In this document: piece after piece, positions 14,333 to 38,579 of the stretch
Numbering within the stretch: the stretch's first letter is position 1
Layout: every line of letters begins with the position of its first letter
Assembly: GCA_963920595.1 (NCBI GenBank)
Contig: OY986950.1
Coordinates: 3,286,001 to 3,350,000 of the forward strand
DNA length: 64,000 nucleotides
Reading direction: 5' to 3'
Source: Eimeria praecox
Taxonomy: Eukaryota
The notes under the pieces: generated by a model
What the model was told of the DNA's origin: nothing
Databases searched by the model: none
What the model saw: only the letters and a program-made list of their open reading frames with translations
Position numbers and translations under genes: made by a program

Positions 14333-15199
14333 CTGCTGCTCCTGCTGCTGTTGCTGCGAGGGGTTGCCTGCCTGCTGCTTCCCTGTGCTGCTGCTGTCTT
14401 TGTGGGTGTCACAGCAGGAGCAGCAGAAGTAGGTCTTCTTGCTGCTGCTGCTGCTGCCGCTGCTGCTTCTGCTGCTGCTGTTGCTGCAGCAGCAGCAGCT
14501 GCTGCAGCAGCAGCAGCAGCAGCAGACACAGGCTGCCGTGCAGCAGCAAAAGAAGAATGATTTGCTGCTTTGCTGTCTCTCGTTCTTGTCTGCTGCAGCC
14601 GACTCCACGCAAAGAGAAATACGTTAAGAGAGGGAACAGGAAGAAACGTCTCCAGTGTACATACACCTAAAAACCTGCAGCAGCAGCAGCAGCAGCAGCA
14701 GTAGTTGTAATAGCAGCAGCAGTAGTAGTGGCAGCAGCCGTAGCAGCAGCAGGAGCAGCAGCAGGAGCAGCAGCAGCAGATGTAGACTTTATCAACCCTC
14801 ATACGCCTCTTTAATTCCCCCTTCTGCTGCTGCTGCTGCAGTTGCTGCTACAGTTGCTGCTGCAGTTGCTGCTGCAGTTGCTGCTGCAGTTGCTGCTGCA
14901 GTTGCTGCTGCAGTTGCTGCTGCTGCTGTCTTACCTGCTGAATCGCAGCGCCTTTCTCATGAGAGGAGAATTAGGAAGCCCGTTCATCTGCTGCTGCTGC
15001 AACTGCTGCTGCTGCTGCTGCAACTGCTGCCGCTGCTGCTGCTGCTGCTGTTTTTGATGCTGCTCTCTCTGCAGCAGCAGGAGTGTTTGTGTTATACTAG
15101 CTAGCTTCCTCTGCACTTCTTCGTCTGTAGGAAGACTGAGAGTGAGGATGTCTTCGAGTGTCTCTAGAAGAGACAGTCGGGACTGCTTCTGCTGCGAGT

Positions 15200-15242
<43 letters not shown>

Positions 15243-15397
15243 GTCTGCTGCTGCCTTCGCCTTATATGCTGCAGCAGCAACACCAACGATCTCTTCGATA
15301 GACGCTCCAGGGGGAGGGCCCTGAAACAAACAGTATAGACAAACATATCCTATGGCAGCAGCAGCAGCAACAGCAGCAGCAACAGCAGCAGCAGCAA

Positions 15398-15449
<52 letters not shown>

Positions 15450-15958
15450 TAACATGAGAAATAGTTGTTTCCCTTGCAAGTGCTTGACGAAGTCTTGGTG
15501 GCAGCAGCAGCAGCAACGTCTGTGGTTTCGTATTTATATATTTTGCTGCTGCTGCTACTGTTTGATTATCTGTCTCCTTTCCGCTGTCTGTCTCCTTTCT
15601 GGTGTCTGTCTCCTCCCCACTGTCTGTCTCTTCTGCTGCTCCACTAATGAAAGCAGAGCGAGCCAGCACTCCCTTCTCTGCTACGTTGAAAGGCCTACAA
15701 GACACACACACACAAACAGAAGCAAACAGCTGCTGCTGCTGCTGCTGCTAGTGCTGCTGCTGCTGGTAGTGCTGGGGACATTATACTATTGCTGCTGCTG
15801 CTGCTGCTGCTGTTGCTGCTGCTGTTGCTGCTGTTGCTGCTACTGCTGTTGCTAGTGGTGTTTGTTTTGCTGCTGCTATTTCTACTACTACTGTTGCTAC
15901 TACTAGTAGTACTACCGCTGCTGCTGCTGCTGTCCTTTCTGTTGCTGCTGCTGCTGCT

Positions 15959-15990
<32 letters not shown>

Positions 15991-17584
15991 TGGTGTGGGG
16001 TGTACCTGAAGCATATTTCGCCTGACTTTGTTTCGTATACTCTTCCTGTGTCTGCGTCTCTTAGTGTCTCCATTGGCTGCTGCAGCCCGCAGCTAACTTG
16101 GTGCAGCAGCTGCTGCCCCTGCTGCAGCAGCTGTCTTTGAACTGTATGTGCTGCTGCTCTTCCCTGCAGCAGCAGCAGCAGCTCTTCGTGTCGATGTCGT
16201 GTCTCTTCTACTAGCTGCAGCACATACCATATAAAATAAAAATATAAATAAAAATAAACAGCGATACAATAATAAGAATAACAGACACAGCAACATAAAA
16301 CATACTGTCTCCTCTCTACTGTCTCCTTTCTACTGTCTCCTTTCTACTGTCTCCTTTCTACTGTCTCCTTTCTACTGTCTCCTTTCTACTGTCTCCTTTC
16401 TACTGTCTCCTTTCTACTGTCTCCTTTCTACTGTCTCCTTTCTACTGTCTCCTTTCTACTGTCTCCTTTCTACTGTCTCCTTTCTACTGTCTCCTTTCTA
16501 CTGTCTCCTTTCTACTGTCTCCTTTCTACTGTCTCCTTTCTACTGTCTCCTCCTACTGTTAGTTTCAGCTGTCTTTACAGAACCAAATAGAAAAGCAATA
16601 GAGTCTGTATCTGCATAATTAGGGTTTAGGGTTTAGGGTTTAGGGTTTAGTAGATTTAGGGTTTAAGGTTTCGTCGAGTTAGAGCATAATTAGGGTTTAG
16701 GGTTTAGGGTTTAGGGTTTAGGGTTTAGGGTTTAGGGTTTATGATCTAGGGTTTAACAATAAGACTTCAACGTCTATCGTATAGGGTTTAGGGTTTACAC
16801 CTTACCAGGTTTATTAATCTACAACTGTAGGGTTTAGGGTTTAGGGTTAAGGTTTTAGGGTTTAGGGTTTAGGGTTTAGGGTTTAGGGTTTAGGGTTTAG
16901 GGTTAAGGGTTAAGGGTTTAGGGTTTAGAGTTTAGGGTTAAGGGTTTAGGGTTTAGGGTTTAGGGTTTAGGGTTTACAGCATCATCAGGTTCTATTCTAG
17001 CTATTTCTTGCTGTAGTTCTTCTATCCTGTCTCTTAGACTTTGTAGTGTCTCCTCATACTTCCTCTTATCTTCTTCTCTTATTCTTTCATAACTTTCAAC
17101 TAGTTGCTGCTGCTGCTGCTGCTGCTGCAGCAGCAGCACAATTGCTGCATCTCTCTCCTGCCATCGAGCTAATGCTCTCTCTAAATCTTCGACGTACCTT
17201 AGAAATAGAAATAGAAAAGAAGAGACAGATTATATCTGTCTCCTTCTGTCTCTGTCTCTTTCTGTCTCTTTCTGTCTCTGTCCCTGTCTGTCTCTGTCTC
17301 TGTCTCTGTCTGTCTCTGTCTGTTGCTGTCTCTGTCTGTCTCTGTCTCTGTCTCTGTCTCTGTCTCTTTCTGTCTCTGTCTCTGTCTCCTCCTGTCTCCT
17401 TCTGCCTCTTTCTGTCTCTTTCTGATTTGTCTCTGTCTCTGTCTCTGTCTCTGTCTGTCTCTGTCCCTGTCTGTCTCTGTCTCTGCCTCTCTCGCTGTCT
17501 CTCTTTTTGTCTGTCTCCTTTTGATTTGTGTCTGTCTGCTGTCTCCTCTCATCTCTCTCTATCTCTTGTGTTTATCTCTCTCTC

Positions 17585-17646
<62 letters not shown>

Positions 17647-17767
17647 TGTCTGTCTCTGTCTGTCTCTGTCTCTCTTTTTGTCTGTCTCCTTGACACTGCA
17701 TCTCTCTCTTTTAGGTAGCAGCAGCAGCAGCAGCAGCAAAGCAGCAGCAGCAGCAGCAACAACAGCA

Positions 17768-17807
<40 letters not shown>

Positions 17808-18003
17808 GACCTGTGATAGGCAGCGATTTCGTTATCGAGTATGGAGACAGTAGAAGTTAGAGACAGAACAACAGACTCTGCTAGCATCGCGCGCTCAGCC
17901 CCCTCAGCATTCAGCAGCAGCAACAAAGCCCCTCGCATCTCCCTGCAGCAGCAGCAGCAGCAGCAGCAGCAACGGCAATAGCAGCAGCAGCAGCAACAGC
18001 AAT

Positions 18004-18037
<34 letters not shown>

Positions 18038-18857
18038 CAGGCAGGAACAGGAGCAGCAAATGCGTTTTAGAAATAATGCCTTACAGCTGATGCTGATGAG
18101 ACTGCAGCAGCAGCAGCAGCAGCAGCAGAGGAAGCAGCAGCAGAGGCAGCAGCAGCAGCAGCAGAGGCAACAGCAGCAGCAGCAGATGAAGCAGCAGCAG
18201 CAGCAGAGGCAGCAGCAGAGGCAGCAACAGCAGCAGAGACAGCAGCAGAGGCAGCAACAGCAGCAGAGGCAGCAGCAGCAGCAGCAGACAGCAGCAGCAG
18301 CAGAGGCAGCAGCAGCAACAGCAAGAGCACTTCGCATAGCAGGCGGCAGCTACTGCCGTAAGACGAATCCCCAGACAGCAGCAGTAGCAGCAGCAGCAGC
18401 ATCAACAGCACCAGCAGCAGCACCTACAACAGCAACAGCAACAGCAGCAGCAGCAGCAGCATCAAGAGCAGCAGCAGCAGCAGCAGCAGCACCTACAACA
18501 GCAACAACAACAGCAGCAGCTGCAGCAGCATCAAGAGCAGCAGCAGCATCAGCACCTACAACAGCACCAACAACAGCAGCACCTACAGCAGCAACAACAA
18601 CAAAAGCAGCAGCAACAGCAGCAGCAGCAGCAGCAGCAGCAAGAGTGTGTCTACCTGAAGCAGGATATGAGCTGCGCAGACACCAGGCTGCTGCTGCAGA
18701 GAGTGTATATTGCACTGACAGGAGGGTTATCTTCTTCTATCTGCTTCTGTAGCTGCTGCAGCACTTGCTGTGTCTGTCTTTGCTGCTGCTGCTGCTGCTG
18801 CAGCAGCAAAGATGTGGGGACTTCAGGACAAGCACCTACTGCAATACCTTCTAAAGG

Positions 18858-18893
<36 letters not shown>

Positions 18894-18899
18894 AGATGG

Positions 18900-18930
<31 letters not shown>

Positions 18931-18998
18931 GATCGAGCTGCAGTGCGTGTACACCCGAGAAGACCGGCAGAATCAGGTCGACGAAGACTACCTCTTGA

Positions 18999-19064
<66 letters not shown>

Positions 19065-19172
19065 ATCTTTTGTAGACAAGTAAGAAGCAAGGCGAGATGG
19101 AGTTCGTCTTGCTGCTGCGGAAGCTGTCGAAGGGCGAAGCCCTCTTGCTGCTGCACCCATAGATTTTCTATT

Positions 19173-19203
<31 letters not shown>

Positions 19204-19279
19204 CTTGCTGCTGCTGCTGCTTTCTGAGATGCAGCTGTTAGACAGAGAAGGGCCTTCGAAGTGTCTGCGTGTCTCTGTG

Positions 19280-19314
<35 letters not shown>

Positions 19315-19412
19315 TGACGTTGCTGCTGTTGGCAGCAGCAACGTCAAGGATAGAAGCTTCGCTGACTCGAGAGGAGAAGGGCTGCTGCTCTTCTAAGCTG
19401 CTGCAGCTCGTA

Positions 19413-19443
<31 letters not shown>

Positions 19444-19625
19444 CAGCAGCAGCAGCAGCAGGAGCAGCAGCAGAACTACAATTATCAACAAAACAAGGGA
19501 GAGACACTCCGCTGCTGGATGCTTCGGTTTGTAAGGTGCTGCTGCTGCTGCTGCTGCCTGCTGCTGTGCTGCAGCAGCAATTGTCTCCTGACACCGTGCT
19601 GCAGCTATACCCTTGGTTAAGAGTA

Positions 19626-19670
<45 letters not shown>

Positions 19671-19938
19671 TGTCTCCTTTGGGAGGGCGGCTTCTCCACA
19701 CCTAAACGCCTTAGTGTCTCCTCGAATGAATCCTCGCATTGAAGGCGCTGCAGCGCAGCAGCAGCAGCAGCAGCTTTGTTTTCTGCTGCTGCTGTTGCTG
19801 CTGCTTCAGCAGCAGCAGCAGCAGCTGCTGCTGCTGCTGCTGTTGCTGCTGAATGGCGCTTCGTTGCTGAGGGAGGATGACGTAACGAAGTGTAAGCTAC
19901 GCGCTGCCAGGGAGAAGCCTGCAGCAGGTGTCTGCTCA

Positions 19939-19976
<38 letters not shown>

Positions 19977-19994
19977 GTAGTAGTAGTAGTAGTG

Positions 19995-20079
<85 letters not shown>

Positions 20080-20097
20080 AAGCAATAGTGTCAACAG

Positions 20098-20129
<32 letters not shown>

Positions 20130-20130
20130 G

Positions 20131-20168
<38 letters not shown>

Positions 20169-20435
20169 ACAGCAGCAGCAACAGCAGCAGCCATCGCATG
20201 CAGCAAACGCTGTGCTTCGTGCTTCGTGCCAGCCCCAAAATCTCTTTAAGCAAACAAAAACAGTTGAGGGAGTCTCCTCAAGTAGGAGACAGCTAACCTA
20301 GGGTTTAGGGTTTAGGGTTTAGGGTTTAGGGTTTAGGGTTTAGGGTTTAGGGTTTAGGGTTTAGGGTTTACGCGAAGAGACTCTGCCTCGTCCACGACAG
20401 CGGAGGCCGCAGCTGAATGTCTTCATCTCCCTCTG

Positions 20436-20512
<77 letters not shown>

Positions 20513-20647
20513 GCAGCAACAGCAGCAGCAGCAGCAGCAGCAAGAACAAAGACAGCAGCAAGGGGTAGTTTGTTTGTTTATTTGTCTGTTATATATTGTT
20601 TGTCTTTGTTTGTTGTCTCTTATTATTTATTTATTTATTTATTATTT

Positions 20648-20687
<40 letters not shown>

Positions 20688-21026
20688 TTTGTATTTTGTT
20701 TGTTTGTTTTTTTATTTATTTGTTTGGAGTAACCTAAGGTTATTTTGTTTTATTTGTTTTGCTTATTTGTTTATTATATATATATATATATATCCTGTCT
20801 CTTATCTGTCTCCTTTCTGTCTCTGCTGCTGTCTGTCTCTTCTGCTATCTGTCTCTGCTGCTGCTGTCAGTCTCTGCTGCTGTCTGTCTCTGCTTCTGTC
20901 TGTCTCTGCTGCTGCTGTCTGTCTCTGCTTCTGTCTGTCTCTGCTGCTGCTGTCTGTCTCTGCTGCTGCTGTCTGTCTCTTCTGTCTCCTCACGCAGCAG
21001 CACTGTCTGCGGGTCGGTTTCATCAT

Positions 21027-21058
<32 letters not shown>

Positions 21059-21636
21059 GCAGCAGCAGCAGCAGCAGGCTGCGATCGCCTAACAGCTTCG
21101 AGACTAATTGTTAGGGGACAGCGTGTCTCCTTTCTCTTCTCTACAGCTTCAGACAATCTAGTAAGTGCTCCTTCTGCTGCTGCTGCTGCAGCAGCAGCAG
21201 CAGCAGAGGCCTGCTCAGTCAAAGGAGACACCCCACACTCGCCTTTCAGCTGTATGTACACCTCAATCCTCTAAGCAGCAACCAGATAGCCATCACACAG
21301 CTAGCTAGCTAGCTAGCTAGCTAGCGCTCAGGTGTATCTGTAGCTAGCCAACAGATGCAGCTATCTAGCCATCATGTGTAGCTAGCTAGCTAGCTAGCTA
21401 GCCATCGGGTGTATCCAGCTAGCTAGCTAGCTAGCTAGCTACCTGGCTATCTATCTATCTAGCCATAGGGATTAGGTAGCTGTCTGTTCTCGCCTGTGTT
21501 TGTATGTTGCTGTCTCCTTGCTCATATTCTTCTCTTCTTTCGCTTTTGCTGCTAACAACAAAATCTCCGACAGCATCTTCGATGAAATGCTGCAGAGCCT
21601 CAAGCTCTCGGCTCACTCCATTCAAAGGCCCCAACT

Positions 21637-21678
<42 letters not shown>

Positions 21679-21848
21679 CGCAATGCGGGGTAAATGCAGC
21701 TTAAGCTGTATCATATGCAGCAGTAGCAGCAGCAGCAGCAGTAGGAGCAGCAGCAGCAGCAGCAGCAGATCCAGCAGCAGCAGCAGCAGTGGCATCTGAG
21801 GGAGGAGCCTCAAATGCTGCCTGAGCTACCCTTGTTGCTGCTGCTCCT

Positions 21849-21884
<36 letters not shown>

Positions 21885-22075
21885 ACTATTTGCCTGTCTT
21901 GCTGTCGCTCTCTTGACTACGCAAAAGAAGCCATCCTCACTGCTGCTGCTGCTGCTGTTGCTGCTACTTCTGCTGCTGCTGCTGCTACTTGTACTACTAT
22001 CGCTGCTGCTGTTGCAGCTACTACTACTACTACTATTACTATTACTCCTCCTCCTCTTACAACAACAACTGCTGC

Positions 22076-22170
<95 letters not shown>

Positions 22171-22808
22171 CGTATATGCTGACTTGAGAGAGAGAGAGGT
22201 TGTGTAGTGCTGCTGCTTTAACTTTGAATTTCTCCATAAAAGAGGAGAGGTACGCCGACCCTCCTTGCTGCTGAGGGGCCCCAGAAGGCTGCTGCTGCTG
22301 CTGCTGCTGTTGCAGCTGCAGCAGCTGCTGCTGCTGCAGCTGCGGCGACTCCAGCTGCAGCAAGACACGCGACGCCAGCAACATCAGGTGCAGCAGCAGC
22401 AGCAGCAGCAGCTATGAGAGGGGCAAGAGTAGCGGCAGCAGCAGCCAAAATACCAATAGCAGCAGCAACACCAGCAGCAACAATAGCAGCAGCAAGAGCA
22501 GCAGCAACAAGAACAGCAGCAGCAACAAGAACAGCAGCTCAAATCCCAGAGCAACTCTCTCTCCCCATTGTCTGTAGCTGCATTGCAAACCTCCTTGAAA
22601 GCAGCAGCAGCAGCATCAAGAGCAGCAGCAGCAGCAAGAGCAGCAACAGCAACAGCAGCAGATGCGTCTCTCTACACATACAGCTGTCTTCGCCTGTACA
22701 CGAATATTAAATTGTTTATTTTGTTGTCTTGCTGCTTCTGAGGGCGCATGCAAAGGACTCCCCTCAATAAAGAGAGACTGACAGCGTCTGGGGTTAATTC
22801 TATAGCCT

Positions 22809-22851
<43 letters not shown>

Positions 22852-22939
22852 GGGGTTGAGCTACTGTATGGCTGCGGGGGCGATGCAGCAGAGGAACCTG
22901 AAAGAGAGGCCCCCCGGAGGCTGCTCGGGGTCGAGACAT
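12980..22939 (-). CDS. Multi-exon hypothetical protein with a coiled-coil segment and homopolymeric tracts (5' structure uncertain)
   Basis: Phase-consistent GT-AG exon chain: (..)-18655, 17811-17942 (EMRGALLLLLNAEGAERAMLAES..), 16978-17197 (YVEDLERALARWQERD..ERIREEDKRKYEETLQSLRDRIEELQQEIARIE), 16006-16214, 15454-15694, 14935-15320, 13837-14674, 13390-13545, then [13302-13311?], 13094-13154 (YIDEEDFYDVLLEACQADF), 12980-13016 with TAA. Probable upstream exons near 19240-20243, 20372-20432, 20990-21270, 21480-21640, 22185-22384 and 22616-22939 are less certain. No family recognised. Confidence 0.6.
13018..13362. repeat. Three interstitial telomere-like tracts: TTTAGGG 13018-13087, CCCTAAA 13163-13214, TTTAGGG 13312-13362
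   Basis: Direct reading; intronic in gene A. Confidence 0.95.
16303..16552. repeat. 14-bp tandem repeat TACTGTCTCCTTTC (~17 copies)
   Basis: Direct reading; intronic. Confidence 0.95.
16619..16976. repeat. Interrupted telomere-like TTTAGGG tract abutting the splice donor at 16977
   Basis: Direct reading; includes TTAAGGG variants. Confidence 0.95.
17235..17710. repeat. TGTCTC/(CT)n pyrimidine-rich simple repeat
   Basis: Direct reading. Confidence 0.9.
20300..20369. repeat. Perfect (AGGGTTT)10 telomere-like tract
   Basis: Direct count: 70 nt, flanked on the minus strand by GT and AG. Confidence 0.97.
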
Positions 22940-23120
22940 GTGCTGTAGCAGCAGCAGCAGCAGCAGCAGCTGCTGCTGCTGCTGCTGCTGCAGCTGCTGC
23001 AGCTGATGATGATTCTATAGAAGCTGCTGCTGCAGCTAGAGAGCGAGGCGACGCAGGAAGCCTAAGGTAAACCGCGAGGTGTACGCACACCTCAACATAT
23101 CCTCGGGCTACCTCCTTCTC

Positions 23121-23205
23121 TAGGGTTTAGGGTTTAGGGTTTAGGGTTTAGGATCTAGGGTTTAGGGGTTAGGGTTTAGGGTTTAGGGTTTAGGGTTTAG
23201 GGTTT
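23121..23205. repeat. Telomere-like TTTAGGG tract
   Basis: Direct reading. Confidence 0.95.
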
Positions 23206-23419
23206 GGAGAAGCCCCTTCTATTTGTACTTGTAAAACAAACAAACAAACAAACAAACAACAATATTAAAAACAAAACAAATAAATAAAATAAATAAAACA
23301 AATAAAATAAATAAATAAATAAAATAAATAAAATAAATAAATAAATAAAACAAATAAACAAAGTAGTCTCCCCCCCTCTCGATCTCTAGGCGCTGTCTCT
23401 ACGATCTGTGTGCTGCTGT

Positions 23420-23470
<51 letters not shown>

Positions 23471-23552
23471 ATTATATTTTCAAAGAAGATTAAAATTAAA
23501 GAGAGGCAGCAGCAGCAGCTGCAGCAGCTTTCTTTTCTGTCTCTGTTTGTGT

Positions 23553-23588
<36 letters not shown>

Positions 23589-23731
23589 CACCTGGGGTCA
23601 CCTGCAGCAGCAAAAGGGGAGAAAGAGACAATAAAATAAATAAGCCCCAAAATTTTGGGGCTGGAATATACAAACTATGCATGCATGCATGCATGCATGC
23701 GAGGAGACAGTATAAGAGCTTTGATGAAAGA

Positions 23732-23797
<66 letters not shown>

Positions 23798-24360
23798 CTG
23801 TCTCCTCTGTCTGTCTCCTCTGTCTGTCTCCTCTGTCTGTCTCCTCTGTCTGTCTCGTCTGTCTGTCTCCTCTGTCTGTCTCCTCTGTCTGTCTCCTCTG
23901 TCTGTCTCCTCTGTCTGTCTCCTCTGTCTGTCTCCTTAGTTGTTTGTTGTCTGTCTCCTCTGTCTGTCTCCTCTGTCTGTCTCCTCTGTCTGTCTCCTCT
24001 GTCTGTCTCCTCTGTCTGTCTCCTCTGTCTGTCTCCTCTGTCTGTCTCCTCTGTCTGTCTCCTCTGTCTGTCTCCTTAGTTGTTTGTTGTCTGTCTCCTT
24101 GACTGTCTACTGTCTGTCTCCTCAGCTGTCTCCTTAACTGACTGTCTCCTTTGCTATCTCCTCTACTGCCTCTTCACTGTCTCCCCAGCTGTCTCCTCAG
24201 CTGTCTCCTCAGCTGTCTCCCCAGCTGTCTCCTCAGCTGTCTCCTCAGCTGTCTCCCCAGCTGTCTCCTCAGCTGTCTCCTCCTCTGTCTCCTCCTCTGT
24301 CTCCTCCTCTGTCTCCTCCTCTGTCTCCTCCTGTGTCTGTCTCCTCTGTCTGTCTCCTCC
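23798..24360. repeat. Inverted short copy of the 13-bp satellite (CTGTCTGTCTCCT)n followed by a 12-bp CTGTCTCCTCAG repeat
   Basis: The unit is the exact reverse complement of the 1-12602 array unit. Confidence 0.93.
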
Positions 24361-24863
24361 TCTATCTCCTCTATCTTTATGTGTCTCCTTAACTGTCTCT
24401 GTCTTCTACTATAAGTTTATTTATTGTTGTTGTTTATCTTCTGTTTATTCTTTTAATATTTCTATCTCTTCTCTCTTCTTCTCTCTTCTTATGTTTTTAT
24501 TTTGTGTTTACATTGTCTCTTCTTCTCTGTCTCCTCCTATGTGTCTCTGTCTCTCTGTCTCCCTCTAAACCCCACATCCTCCTGCTGCACAGCAGCAGCA
24601 GCAGCAGCAGCAGCAAGAGCAGCACCCTCGCGGCCCTCTTACTGTATGATGTATGGCGTGTGGGGTTGTTGGGGCTTAGGGGTTGTCTCCTAGGGTTTAG
24701 GGTTTAGGGTTTAGGGTTTAGGGTTTGTCCCTGGGCGGCCTCTGTCTCTGTCTCCTCAACTGTCTCTTAGACAGCAATATCTTGTGTCTCCTCGTGTCTT
24801 TCTATTTATTTTTAATTATTATTTTCTATCTGTCTCCTTACAGACAAGACACAACACTACACA

Positions 24864-24941
<78 letters not shown>

Positions 24942-25024
24942 TGTATATATATAATAAACAGAGACAGAAAGAGACAAAGAGAGACAGAGACGAAGAGAGA
25001 CAGAGACACAGAGAGAGAGACAGA

Positions 25025-25074
<50 letters not shown>

Positions 25075-25154
25075 CAGAGAGAGAAATAGAGACAGAGACA
25101 CTCTCTCTGATGGAGACAGAGACAGATATACACTGTCTATATACACTGTCTCTG

Positions 25155-25186
<32 letters not shown>

Positions 25187-25216
25187 TCTTTCTTAAAGAG
25201 ACAGAGACAGATATAG

Positions 25217-25294
<78 letters not shown>

Positions 25295-25494
25295 TTAAGG
25301 AGACAGAGATAAGGTCAGTAGTTAAGTGTCGCTAGCTGGAGCTAGCTGTAGCTAGCCATAGCTAGCTGTAGCTAGCTATGCATTGCATGCGGCGGGGATT
25401 CGGGGGAGTGAGAGTGCAGCAGCAGCAGCAGCAGCAGCAGCAAACGAGCTGCTGCTGCTGCTTTTGCTTGTGCTTGTTCTGCTGCTGCTGCTTC

Positions 25495-25525
<31 letters not shown>

Positions 25526-25582
25526 AGTCTCTGTAAGCCCTCCTCTACTCAACCCCAAACTCTAGCAGCTCTTAGGGGCTCT

Positions 25583-25617
<35 letters not shown>

Positions 25618-25895
25618 TGCTGCAGCACTAGCAGCAGCAAAACAACGCATGCAGGGCTTAATACACGATTTCACAGACTCTAGTAAACCCACATACAGCC
25701 ACAGTAGCAGCAGCAGCAACAGCAGCAGCAGCAGCTGCTGCTGCTGCAGTAGCAGCACGATACAGCAGCAGCAGCAGCAGCAGCAGCACTATGCTGCAGC
25801 AGCACAACACTTACAACAAGAGCAGCAAGCACCGCATGGTAGGGAACAGCAACATCATCACCATCAGCAGCAGCAGCAGCAATAGCAGCAGCAAT

Positions 25896-25929
<34 letters not shown>

Positions 25930-26258
25930 ACTTAACAACAAGAGAGTAATAATAATAATATAATTTATATATTTGATTAACCAAATAAATAAACTAAAAG
26001 ACAAACATAAAGAAGACGTATATATATATATATATATATATATATAATCCTCGTGGGGTGTATCTACACCTCAAGATGTTGCTGCTGCATGCATGCAGAC
26101 TCTATCCTATGAAGCATCTGTCTTTATGTTTGTTTCTTGTTTATTTTATTTATTTTATTGTATTATATCTTCTCTATATCCTAATGAGGCTTTAATCTCT
26201 AATCTTGTTGGTGTTGCTGCTGCGGCCGCATGCACCAGCCGCAGCAGCAGCAGCAGCC

Positions 26259-26324
<66 letters not shown>

Positions 26325-26468
26325 GCAGCAGCAAGAGACTCACCCAAGCAAGTTTATGTGTGGGGACATCATCAGGGTTTTAAAATTAAATAAACTTTGC
26401 TTCTGTGTCTGCTGCAGCAGATACCCTGAGTCTGCTGCAGCTGCTGCTGCCATCATCACCCCGTGCTC

Positions 26469-26506
<38 letters not shown>

Positions 26507-26632
26507 TGCAGCAACTGCTGCTGCTGCAGCAGCAAATATATCCTAATTCATATTTATTATCAACTGTCTCCTCCCCTACAAACAAGCCCCCTGTACATAC
26601 ACCTGGGCTCGCTGCTTAATCCCTACAGATCT

Positions 26633-26663
<31 letters not shown>

Positions 26664-26768
26664 GACCTCAAGCAGCAGCAAGCCTTGATGTTTAAGAGAG
26701 AACACGTATGGGGTTATCTCCCTGAGGCTGCATGCACTCTGCTAGCCCTGCTCGACCTCTCATCCCAA

Positions 26769-26824
<56 letters not shown>

Positions 26825-26825
26825 A

Positions 26826-26858
<33 letters not shown>

Positions 26859-27157
26859 GAGCATGGATCTGCCGCCCTGTCCTTTGCTGCATAAGCAGTC
26901 AGACATTGCATGATAAGGAGACACTACCTTGGAAGCCTGGGATCGTCTCCTTTCTACCTGGGATCGTCTCCCTTCTATTTGGGATCGTCTCCAGGAGACA
27001 CTGTCTCCTGCTGCTCCTGCTGCTGCTGCTGCTGCTGCAGCTGGTGCAGCAGCAGCAGAGTTGCTTCGCCTCCCCAACCCTTCGCCATAGTCTGACAGCT
27101 TCTGCTGCAGCCGCCAGCGAACAGCTGCAGCTGCAGCACTAGCAGCAGCAGCAGCGA

Positions 27158-27204
<47 letters not shown>

Positions 27205-27218
27205 GCAAATGTATTGAG

Positions 27219-37931
<10,713 letters not shown>

Positions 37932-37991
37932 TATATATTTAATTGAATAACAAAGTCGCTCGTATAAACAAACAGCAAGAAAAGTAGAAGA

Positions 37992-38099
<108 letters not shown>

Positions 38100-38137
38100 T
38101 TATAATTATAACAAATATTAAACATACATACATACAT

Positions 38138-38482
38138 ACATGCATGCAATTGCATGCGCTTTGTACAGCAGCCGGAGACGGAGCCGCGCATGCATCCAAG
38201 TTCTTCTACACAGCCCCATTTGCATGCATGCATGCATGCATGCATGCACATGGGGCTGCATGCATACATACCTGCATGCATGCATGCAGGTATGCACGCA
38301 TGCGCGAGTGCATGCACGCCTGCATGCACGCATGCATGCATATACAACACGTATGTATACAACCCCACCTACGTATGCATGCATGCATACATATAAACAC
38401 GCAAACACACACACACACATATATATATCCTCTCCTCTGCATGCATTTATATATGCATGCATGCATGCATGCATGCATGCAT
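38138..38482. repeat. TGCATGCA / (TGCA)n cluster downstream of the kinase
   Basis: Direct reading; known abundant apicomplexan non-coding motif. Other clusters at 23677-23700, 41365-41412 and 45665-45755. Confidence 0.9.
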
Positions 38483-38579
38483 GAGGTAGGGTTTAGTGTT
38501 TGCTTTGTTGCTGTTTGTACTGAGCGGCCACAGTCGGCGTTTCTTGTGGGCCCACCCAGGCCGACAAATGCAGTTGTCT

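Noticed and set aside
16619..16976. True chromosome telomere
   Set aside because: Tracts are short, internal, in both orientations and intronic.
25380..27218. Additional upstream coding exons for the kinase, or a separate gene
   Set aside because: Short ORFs with stops and no phase-consistent exon chain found; more likely 5' UTR or promoter.
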